A stretch of DNA of 34,977 nucleotides from the IMG/VR virus record IMGVR_UViG_3300017903_001572, positions 1-34,977 of that record, one strand, 5' to 3'. Below, in pieces: positions 1-9,500 of the stretch. Positions within the stretch are counted from its first letter, which is position 1; each line of letters begins with the position of its first letter. This stretch comes from a virus (lineage: Duplodnaviria; Caudoviricetes). Both the position numbers and the translations under genes were made by a program. Below the pieces are notes generated by a model that saw only the letters and a program-made list of their open reading frames with translations, ran no database searches and was not told the origin of the DNA.

Positions 1-3000
1 GATATTAAAGAATGCTCTATTGGCACCCAACCAATTGATCTTGTATGAACTGTGGAGACTTGAGAATGCATCTCTTAGTTCATTCTTAGCGAGGAATATT
101 GAATAGAGATTTGTATTGTTGTCACTCACTAGAGGTGCAACAGAAGTGTCATACCAAGAATCAACTCCTGGTGCTAAGAAAGAGTCGCCAACATACTGCA
201 GAACAACAAATGGATTTGGATTTACTGTCTTGGTAGCAAATGCATTACCGAGTAGTTCTAATTCAGTGTATGGTAGAGTTACGCGGTCACCCTTTCTTTG
301 ATAACCAGCAACTGCTCTCTGGTCATTTCTTGTGTTAACCTCAACCAAACCAAACGAGTCTTCTTTAGACTGTGGTCTCATTACAGACTGCTGTGTATCA
401 ATCGCACATTTATAATCAAGTGATCTTAGCGAACCGATCTTATGTGTCTCAAAATTATCTACAATGAAACCACTCTTGAAACGACTCATACCAACAGAGT
501 CAGTTACCTGCATGTTAAGAGCTTGTTGCTCAAGAACGCTGAGTAGAGTATAATACTCAAGACGCTCAATACGCTTCTCCAACTTACCGATGTCACGCAT
601 CGTGTAACGACGGTTGTCAATTGGAGTAATTCTTACATCTTTGCTGCTCTGAGTGAATGCGGGAATGTACATGTAGTACAGAGGAATTGCATCACCAACA
701 GGATCTGGTTTAGATGGGTTGAGTGAAGAGTTACCTTCTTTGATAATAAACTCACCACGCTTATTGAGGAACAGTCCATCAATACGATCTAGGTATTGAG
801 TTTGTGTAAATGAAAATGTGAACTCTAGGTTTGAATCTGGAGCAGGAGTGCTGGTGACGATACCACCAGTTCCAGTAAATGATCTGGTATTAGCAGAACC
901 TAGTAAAGAATTATTCTGGAATCCAGAAATGATTGCATCGTTGTCTACCTTAGGTCTGAAATCAAGAACATCTTTGAGTGAAATTTTTCCTAGAACAGGG
1001 GAGTTGAATGAAGGAATATCCTCTGGTCCAACACCTGCTTCATGTAAATAAGAATCAACTGTACAAAAATCACCTTGAGTATGCTCAAAGTAATCAAATG
1101 CAACAACTAATTGTCCAACAGGAGCATCAAATCCTGGTTTGAGAACAATTCTGGAAATGTCATAGATTGTATCTCTTTGACCATCATCAAACGTAAATCT
1201 GCTAGTAACATCAGTACCACTGACTAGGTTGCCATTTCTGTCAACGGTAGGTGGTTCGGATGGTGAACCTTCATAGACATATCTCAGTTTGTATGCGTCA
1301 GCATAGCTGTATACCGAGAGACTTTCTGAATCATAGTCTCTTCCACGGAAAGGAATAATTCTGTCTCCACTAGAGTCAATGACGATTCTCTTATTGACAA
1401 CAGAAGTCTTGAGTCTTGGTTTTGCTTTTGTTACCTCAAGGGTTGCAGTCAACTTAAGTGTTGGATATGTGCCACCCTGTGGGATTGTTCCAAAATAATC
1501 TGCAGGTAGGTTTAGTTTTACACTACCAGAAGTGAGACCACTTGCAGAGTCTACAGATGCTTTGATAGTTACCTGAGAATCGGTGATGTAAACAACATCA
1601 CCCTCAACGATATCAGGTGCATTGCCTGGGTCTAGAACTGTAACAAGGAAGTTGCTCTCATTGAACGAAACAAATCTCTGGGTTCCGAATGGGAGTTGAG
1701 CAGCAAATGTGATGGCACCCTGACCACCAGCACCTGTGCTAACAAAGTCTCTTCTCAGGAAATAAGAGATCTTAGAGTCTTCGCTGTCAGCAACAATAGA
1801 ACTTACCTGTGAAGTTCCTGTCTTGTAAAGGAGAGTTCCTTGGTTAAAGTTGCTAATAGAAGGACGAACACGTACAACACTAGCGTTGCTTACATCTGCA
1901 GGGAGTGATCTGTCAAAGTAAATTCTAGACTTAAGAACACCTTCTGGTTTTGTAGCATATTGTACAATACAACGAATAATAGTATCGCTTGTATCAGTAA
2001 ATTGTACAAGATCTCCTTGCTGCAAGAACTTAGTTGTGTCACCACCAAATCCATTACACTCAATATACTTTCTACCTCTTTCACCACTGAAAGTAAAATC
2101 TGTTACAGAAACAACTTCTGCATACTTCTCTTTGTTTACTTCAATATCAGAAGTGAACGTGTTTGCATTGCCAGAACCATACTGACAGAAAAATGACTTA
2201 ACGTTCTGGGGGGTGTATGTGGTTACTGCGTTTCTGACAAGAACTGGAATAATAACAGCAGCACTTGGAGTTCCACCACCAGAACCTTGAATGACTTCAA
2301 TAATTGGAGGTCTTGAATATTCAGTATCTACTAATTCTCTGTTTACAACTTCTGCAGAACGAACTGCGCCGCTTCCAGTAATGTCAAGATTGATTTTTGA
2401 TGAATCAAATTCAACACCATCAATTCTTAATTTTGATCCAGCAACATAATTTCCACCTCGGTTAGTAACAACAAAGTGGGAAATAGTATTATCCTTAGCA
2501 ATCCTTAAAGAATTGCTATTCTCATCTCTAATAGCTTCGCCAGATTTAAAGTTGCCAAAGAGGGTCTTAACCATCAACGTTTTAGTGGTAGTAAATGTAC
2601 CCGTAGATGAACCCTCTACAACGCCGTATGCGCCGCTCTCTAAACCATAAACATACTGTCCTGGGGTGAAACTACCTTCAGTAGTAATTCTCTCGTCTAG
2701 GAGGATTTTAGTGAAGAATTGTGGGTCAAAGTATGATAGACCAAAAGTCGTATTGTATACAGGATCCCCATTCTCCTGCCTACCCTTAGAAATTACAACA
2801 TCGGTATCAGAATTAAAACCAGTTCCTCTCTCAAGTAGAGTAAAGTTGCTTGGTTTTACAGTTCCAATAACTGGAGTAATCGTTTCATTATAATCAACGA
2901 CTCTTCCAAATGGTGTTCCTGATGGATTTTTAGCATCAGATTCATTCAGGAAAATTTCTCTATAACCAGATGGAGAAGATGCATCATACTCAAGGAAATA

Positions 3001-4695
3001 CTGATCCAAGAGATCTTTTCTTCCAGTGATAGTTACCTCAAGATAAGTAACACCAGTTGATGGGTTGACTTCTACTCGGTTTACTTTAGAATAAGCAATT
3101 GAAGAAACTGAATTAGCTACTGATGGTTCTCCAGAATCTGTTCTTGTCTGTACAAACCAAAGAGTTCCAATTTCACTTTGAAAGTTGGCATCTGTTAGAG
3201 TTGAATATGTATTTGCATATGCAGGATCAATATTTAAATAGATTGTTTTGATTCCTGAATTCTCGTCAAAGAAAATTCCTCTGCGAGATAGTGTTTGCTT
3301 GGAATCATTATCATCTTCTGTATTGTTTAGACCAATTGATCCATCATTGAAAGATGAACACAAAAAGATATTTGGATATGCAGTTAGTTCAGAACCATCT
3401 GAATTTAGAGGAATTGTTCCAAATGTATTTGTAATTTTATAAGTTGGGAGACCTTTAGTTTTCAAACGAATGTCTTCTCTATCAAGAGTTTCTCTTGCTT
3501 TATTAACTGTGAGATACTTAGTTTCTTTATTTACAATCTCAAATCCTTTGATGTATGCTTTTCCTGGTCCAACACTAGCAACTAGTTTGTCTTGTGCTTC
3601 GGATGTTGACAAACCATTGACAAGACCAAACTCATCAGCAGAATATACACCAAGGTTACCGTTTTGCTGGTAGTATTCTCTTACATCTAGTGAGAAATTA
3701 TCAACAACATAATCACCAGACTCATCATAAGTTCTTCTAGCAAGAGTTTGCTCAAGAAGATTGTAGTCTGTTTGTACTACTTGATTCTGTACAGATCCTT
3801 TTCTTACAGAAAGGAGTTGGATGAAGTTTTTATCTGTTACTGCTCCAAGATCATATCTTACGAGATCAAGAGAAATCTTGAGTCTATGTGCTCCAGGTGC
3901 AGTATAATTGCTAGATCCAATAGCATTGTCATAGAGAGATCCATCCTCCTCTGGCGTGACAATACTTTCGGAAATCTTAAAACCAACCTTTGCAGATGGT
4001 TTGTCGTAATACTTGTTAATAACCAATAGTTGATTGTCATTTCTGACAAAATAACCATTGACAAAGTAAATGCCTTGTTCTACCTTGACGGCAGAAGCAT
4101 ATCCCATAGCAGGACTTTCTAGAGATGTTACCTCACCGCTATCAGGATCAGTAATAGAAATACTAGTAGGAAGTACGCTACCATCTGTTCCAACTACGAG
4201 CAGTGGAGTATTAACACCATCAACAACTTCTAGAGTTTCACCTTGACGGAATGTCTCTTCGTTGCCAGCATCGCCACTATTAGTGTAGTTAACAAATACG
4301 ATGTCTGATTCTGTTTCTGATGCTACATCAGAGTCAACAACAGTTGCAACAACACCAGAAGTTAAACCTCTTAGTTTTTGACCTTTTAGTTCTCTAACAT
4401 CATACTTCTTGTAAACCACCTGACCATCTTGGTTTACAGGAATTTCAGAAACGGATGAAAGCTTGACAAAATGAAGTTTGGTGTTTAAACCAACTTCACC
4501 TGGGATTACAAGTTCGCCTTGTTTGAAAGCATACTTACCAAACTGTTCAATCTGGTTTTGTAGAACCGATTGTAACTGCGTTAACTCTCTCGCCTGGATT
4601 GAATATCCTGGGCGAAAGAGCACCTTGTAAAAATTTTTTTCCTGGTCAAAATTATCGTAGTATGGATCTACGTTGAGGTTGGTTTTTTGTGGCAT
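1..4695 (-). CDS. Large virion structural protein, VrlC-like / DUF4815-like; 5' part only, runs off the left edge (>1565 aa)
   Basis: Absent from the ORF track because it has no stop in the window. ATG at 4695 reads MPQKTNLNVDPYYDNFDQEKNFYKVLFRPGYSIQARELTQLQSVLQNQIEQFGK, the N-terminus typical of this T4-like cyanophage protein that follows gp8. The same frame is open at the window edge (…SSYKINWLGANRAFFNI). Confidence 0.88.
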   Translation of the reverse strand, partial: MPQKTNLNVDPYYDNFDQEKNFYKVLFRPGYSIQARELTQLQSVLQNQIEQFGKYAFKQGELVIPGEVGLNTKLHFVKLSSVSEIPVNQDGQVVYKKYDVRELKGQKLRGLTSGVVATVVDSDVASETESDIVFVNYTNSGDAGNEETFRQGETLEVVDGVNTPLLVVGTDGSVLPTSISITDPDSGEVTSLESPAMGYASAVKVEQGIYFVNGYFVRNDNQLLVINKYYDKPSAKVGFKISESIVTPEEDGSLYDNAIGSSNYTAPGAHRLKISLDLVRYDLGAVTDKNFIQLLSVRKGSVQNQVVQTDYNLLEQTLARRTYDESGDYVVDNFSLDVREYYQQNGNLGVYSADEFGLVNGLSTSEAQDKLVASVGPGKAYIKGFEIVNKETKYLTVNKARETLDREDIRLKTKGLPTYKITNTFGTIPLNSDGSELTAYPNIFLCSSFNDGSIGLNNTEDDNDSKQTLSRRGIFFDENSGIKTIYLNIDPAYANTYSTLTDANFQSEIGTLWFVQTRTDSGEPSVANSVSSIAYSKVNRVEVNPSTGVTYLEVTITGRKDLLDQYFLEYDASSPSGYREIFLNESDAKNPSGTPFGRVVDYNETITPVIGTVKPSNFTLLERGTGFNSDTDVVISKGRQENGDPVYNTTFGLSYFDPQFFTKILLDERITTEGSFTPGQYVYGLESGAYGVVEGSSTGTFTTTKTLMVKTLFGNFKSGEAIRDENSNSLRIAKDNTISHFVVTNRGGNYVAGSKLRIDGVEFDSSKINLDITGSGAVRSAEVVNRELVDTEYSRPPIIEVIQGSGGGTPSAAVIIPVLVRNAVTTYTPQNVKSFFCQYGSGNANTFTSDIEVNKEKYAEVVSVTDFTFSGERGRKYIECNGFGGDTTKFLQQGDLVQFTDTSDTIIRCIVQYATKPEGVLKSRIYFDRSLPADVSNASVVRVRPSISNFNQGTLLYKTGTSQVSSIVADSEDSKISYFLRRDFVSTGAGGQGAITFAAQLPFGTQRFVSFNESNFLVTVLDPGNAPDIVEGDVVYITDSQVTIKASVDSASGLTSGSVKLNLPADYFGTIPQGGTYPTLKLTATLEVTKAKPRLKTSVVNKRIVIDSSGDRIIPFRGRDYDSESLSVYSYADAYKLRYVYEGSPSEPPTVDRNGNLVSGTDVTSRFTFDDGQRDTIYDISRIVLKPGFDAPVGQLVVAFDYFEHTQGDFCTVDSYLHEAGVGPEDIPSFNSPVLGKISLKDVLDFRPKVDNDAIISGFQNNSLLGSANTRSFTGTGGIVTSTPAPDSNLEFTFSFTQTQYLDRIDGLFLNKRGEFIIKEGNSSLNPSKPDPVGDAIPLYYMYIPAFTQSSKDVRITPIDNRRYTMRDIGKLEKRIERLEYYTLLSVLEQQALNMQVTDSVGMSRFKSGFIVDNFETHKIGSLRSLDYKCAIDTQQSVMRPQSKEDSFGLVEVNTRNDQRAVAGYQRKGDRVTLPYTELELLGNAFATKTVNPNPFVVLQYVGDSFLAPGVDSWYDTSVAPLVSDNNTNLYSIFLAKNELRDAFSSLHSSYKINWLGANRAFFNI

Positions 4696-4725
4696 CTCAC
4701 ACCGTTTCTAACTTGTGGAACTAAA

Positions 4726-6483
4726 TTAGAATTCAATTACTAGTTTGATGTCCTCAATTTGGTCAGGAGCTCTAGTAATCTGTCTTCTATTCTCTATGTA
4801 TACGACCTCACCTGAGTTTGGCTCAAGTTCGGGGTTAGCAAGACCACCAGTAAACTGAATATCAGAGACGATACCATTCTCACTATTAGAAATGGTTCCA
4901 GAGGCAGTAGAAGAAGCACCAACAACTGCATCAGTGTTATTTGATACAAATGCTCTTACAACACCACCATCAGCGTGTAGGGAAGGTGTCTGGAAATACT
5001 TGAGAATGCCATTTGCTGAATCCCAGGAAACAACAGTTCCGTAAGAAACATTTGATCCAACTGTCTGCGAGATTACTTCATCAGCAACGTAGTCTGCAGT
5101 AGCACCATTGATTTTCAGAACTCTTGTTCCACGAAGTGTGCTATCAGAAGCAAATGTTGTTGAACCATATACATATGGGTCTTGAATAATACCAATGCGA
5201 CGGAAGTCGTTGTCAACAGGGAAGTCACCTGAACCTTCATCATAGGTTAGGCGAACACTGGTCATAACTCTCTTAGCAAAGAGTTCGTTCTCTGCATCTG
5301 AACCGTGACCACCTCTTGGTGAAATGACTGCTTCAATTGCAGCAGTTCCAGCAAATGCACCTGCAGCAGCGGTTAGAGCAGCATCCGTGAAGACTTTACC
5401 AGTTTCTAGGATAACGTTACCATATGTGTATCCAGATCCAACTGCTTCCATTTCTACAGCAGTAACAACACCGCTACCATCTGTTGTAAGTTTTACAATA
5501 GCACCAGATCCATCTCCATAAACTGGGGAATAAAGAGTTGCAGATAGTGGAAGTGCAGTGCCTGCATCTTTAACAACTGCAACATCAATAGAACCATCAA
5601 CTGCAGCAGATTCAACTGCAACTCTAGATGCTTCACCTGCTGCAGCAATAGGCATGAAGTCAGAAGATAGGAATGCAAGAACATCACCTGTTGTCAGGGT
5701 GTACATGTGCTTCCAGATGTAACCAGCGGTTCCTGCTGGTTCTGTAAAGATACCGTTTGCAAATGTTCCTTGACCAGTAACTGGTTGGGAAGTTGGTTCG
5801 TAGGTTGCGTTAGCACCAGTGTTACTATTATACTCTCCATTATAAAGGCACTTGAATACCTCATATCTGGAGTTCATTACATAGAATTTTGATCCAGACA
5901 GAGAAGTTGCTCCCAGTGCTGTTTGTTTGCCAATTGCACCACCGCCACCAGGGGTTGGTGCATAGTTAGGACGATACATGTCAAACTTTGGATTCAGTGA
6001 CAAATTCCAATTGTAACGGGGAACAACTAGACGAGCAAACATAGATGTAATACGCTTGGCAGCAATCATCTCATCAAAAATGCTTTGTTTTTCGCTAGCA
6101 TTGTCTAGAGGAGCAGGAGGTGTATCCTCAGTTCCGTATCTATACACACCAGACTTAGCAGTAGCACCGCTGGTTCCACCAGTAACTGTAGTACCGAATG
6201 CTGGAGTTGTTGTTGGTGTTGGCAGAATTGTGTTCAAAAGAATACTGTTGCTATGCACTTCAGCAACAACACCACTCCATCCACCACCACTGACAGTCTC
6301 ACCAACTTGGAACGTTCCACTTACGTTAAAAATCTCAAGGTATGCATCCCACCTTGACGATCTTCCAACAAAGAAGTACATTCTAGTACGATCTGTGTCG
6401 GCGTCGTTAGTACCTTCACCGAGAGATTCTAGGAATTGCTTCGCGTTGAAAATTCTAAACTTTTCTGAAATAATAGCTGCCAT
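4726..6483 (-). CDS. gp8: Baseplate wedge subunit gp8 (585 aa)
   Basis: N-terminal MAAIISEKFRIFNAKQF, motifs FYVMNSRYEVFKCLYNG and GYIWKHMY, C-terminal SGEVVYIENRRQITRAPDQIEDIKLVIEF; gp25-gp6-gp7-gp8 synteny. Confidence 0.92.
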   Translation of the reverse strand: MAAIISEKFRIFNAKQFLESLGEGTNDADTDRTRMYFFVGRSSRWDAYLEIFNVSGTFQVGETVSGGGWSGVVAEVHSNSILLNTILPTPTTTPAFGTTVTGGTSGATAKSGVYRYGTEDTPPAPLDNASEKQSIFDEMIAAKRITSMFARLVVPRYNWNLSLNPKFDMYRPNYAPTPGGGGAIGKQTALGATSLSGSKFYVMNSRYEVFKCLYNGEYNSNTGANATYEPTSQPVTGQGTFANGIFTEPAGTAGYIWKHMYTLTTGDVLAFLSSDFMPIAAAGEASRVAVESAAVDGSIDVAVVKDAGTALPLSATLYSPVYGDGSGAIVKLTTDGSGVVTAVEMEAVGSGYTYGNVILETGKVFTDAALTAAAGAFAGTAAIEAVISPRGGHGSDAENELFAKRVMTSVRLTYDEGSGDFPVDNDFRRIGIIQDPYVYGSTTFASDSTLRGTRVLKINGATADYVADEVISQTVGSNVSYGTVVSWDSANGILKYFQTPSLHADGGVVRAFVSNNTDAVVGASSTASGTISNSENGIVSDIQFTGGLANPELEPNSGEVVYIENRRQITRAPDQIEDIKLVIEF

Positions 6484-6519
6484 AGCACTGGTCTCTGTAT
6501 AGTAAGACTGAATCCGAGT

Positions 6520-6537
6520 TATTTATATTTATTTATA
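6520..6537 (-). promoter_or_regulatory. Two tandem T4-type late promoter boxes (TATAAATA) upstream of gp8
   Basis: tatttata at 6520-6527 and 6530-6537 on + equals TATAAATA on -, 36-46 nt upstream of the gp8 ATG. Confidence 0.8.
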
Positions 6538-9500
6538 GGGCGTTTCTTATGTACTCTCCAATAGCATGGAACTCAATCGGAGTGCCATTAACCCCACGAG
6601 TACATCCCAAGAAACGATCATTTAGTTTACTTGTGTAACTAATTTGCTCTCTACCAACTAAAATTGTTCCCGATGGGGGGTAATTAGTTGTGTTTGTATA
6701 GACAACACCATTCGTTGCAACATACCCAGCACCCCCTTCTGCAGGTAGATCTGAAGTATCTAGTTGAGTTAGATAATAATTGATTGATGGATATGCAAGA
6801 TTGAACACTCTGTTTGGATTGCTTGGATTAAAAGTACCATCTGCATTGATCTCAAAATACTCTAAGTCTTGTAAAGATACCTCAGAAACAGGATCTCCAG
6901 ATGCGGAAATAATATCTCCTGTATTCATAAACTTAGCAGATTCCCACTGGGCAAATCCATATGAGATTGATCCAACTGAAGGTGCATAAGATCTTGTTCC
7001 TACAACCTCAACAGATAGTGATGGTTGTGATATAATTGATCTATCAAGTTCTAGTATTGAGATGCCATTTGAAGATGGTTGTGATTGTGGCATTACAACT
7101 TCACCAGTTGAAGTTGGGTTGAATAGAATATACTCCCTTGAAATAGAAAGTGGAGTTAGGTCTATTCTCTCTTGGAGAATCAACTGAACATCAAATGGAA
7201 GAATTGTAAATGAAGTTACAAAAGAAGTCTGCATCTCAATGCCAGTAGCAAAGTCAAATGTTGTATTTGCAGTAACTGGCGACTGCTGTTGGATTTGAGA
7301 ACCGATAGTTAGATTTACCAGACTATCAACTTTTCTTCCTCTCTGTTTAATAATGTCATATTGTCTTGCTGTAACAACCTTTGGAGAAGATGTATATCCA
7401 GATCCTGGGTTTGTAATTACAATGTCAATAATTTGACCACGAGAGACAATAACTTCTGCTCTAGCACCACCACCGTTTTGATCTACAGGAATGAATTGTA
7501 GAATTGGTGGAGTGTCGTATCCATATGCTGTTGTTGGTTGGATAATTCCTTCATCAAACAGCAATTGCAAATCTTTCTTGTTCCAAGTTAGGGAAGAAAC
7601 CTGTCCATTTTCAATGGAACATGTTACGCTCAATCCAACTCCTCTGGTATCTCCGTTGTAATTAGTTGTTACAATAGATCCAAAGAAGTCGTTTGATACA
7701 TCTTCACCTGGACGATAATTTTTAGGACTTACGAATTGAGGTAGTTCATTTACAGTTCTATAAGAGTCTTCTCCACTGATCTTGATAATATCACCAGCAT
7801 TTAAGTTTGCTAAGAGATTTTTCTTAACATAGAACGATTCATCTGCTTTCTTAGTACCATACAACCACTTGGTTGCATTTCGCTGCATCTTATAGTCATT
7901 ATCTTCATCTCTGGCAACAGTAATTGTATTCGTAGTAAAATCTAGTTCATACTCATCACTGAAATCAGATGTTCCTGAGAAGAAGATAGAAGAATTATCT
8001 AGATTTGGGTTGATACCAGCAAACGTAATTACTAAGGTATTAGCAGTTGTTGAGTATCCTTTGATATTACCGATAAATCTCTTGATACCACCAACTTTTT
8101 GGTATGCAACTTGATATCCATCATATGATGTGTTATACCAAGACTTCCAATCATCAAACGTATTTGCTGATCCAGCATCACATGTTAGGGTGAGTTTGTT
8201 GTAATATGTGTTTCTCTCAAAATCATATAACGTAATAGTTTGCTCAGTATCTCTACCATAAAGTAGAATAATTTCTACTTTATTATCAATAAAGATTTTT
8301 CTAGTAAATGTAATTGCAGGACCATTGATGGAATAAGATCTAGTATCTCTTTGGAGAACACCATCAATGAATACGAACGCAAACCTTGGATCATCAATAG
8401 TCTTGACTTTTAGATCGTCTGAGTCTAAAATTAGGAATGGTCCTGCAGATCCTGTTAAAATACCAGAAGTATCAATTTCACAGCGTAAGTAGTTACCAAC
8501 ACTGTGAGCAAAGAACTTCTCAACAGCAAGTGGTTCTTGTACTGTCTTGGTATTGTCTTCCTGACCCCAAATAGGAGGTGTAGCAAATACTACTTTGTTT
8601 GGTATTGATGTTCTATCAATACTGTAAGCAGTTTCATGCTGGAGAACACCACTCAATGCAATGAATAGGTCTTCTTTTGGATCTGTTGATACAGGTGTAC
8701 CATCTTCATAGTATAAGTCAAAAATAGTATTCTCATTATCAATGTAGTCTGGGTATGAGACAGATGCCGTTCCCTCTCCAGTTGTGAGGGTTGCTCTGAT
8801 GTTTTCATACAAAGAATCCAGTGCTGAAGCGACTTCTTCGCATTCCTTGAGAATACCATTTACCAGTTGTGGGTCTGGTAGAATATTGATATTAGTATAA
8901 GATCTGAGTGTAGTCCAGTTTCCTGTTGAATTTGGATTTTGTGGAACAACTGCAATTCTATCTGGACCACCTTCTAGAGTGTCCTCTACAATCTGTGCAA
9001 ATGTAGTGATAGTGCTTTCAACTTCAGCACAATATGGGGCAGTGGTATCAACTCTTACAAGAGGATCAGTTGCAGGTGCAATAATGGTATTACCTGAGAT
9101 TTGATTTCTCATAGCAAGAATCATCAGATCTCTTGCCTGATTGTAAGCATAGATTGTCTCTCTCAGTTCACCTGCAATATGGTTCAGTTTATAATTGTTG
9201 AAGTATGAATTTGCAAACTCAATTACTTTTTCATTGCCACCATAACGTAAACAGTAGACAACAGCGTCAACTAGCAGACCAGTATCTCTAAAACAAAAAT
9301 CTTCTGCTTTTACCCAAGACTCAATGCCAGTATTTTTGGTGAGAGTTGGTTTTTGGTTATTTGTAATTGCAGAGATTAAGATATCAAATAGTGTTGTAAC
9401 TGCAGAATTTACATTGTTACATTCTGGAACAAGGATGATATTTGCATCAGTATATGTTCCTCTATTATTAAGTGCCTCAATACACAACTCTCTTGCATAC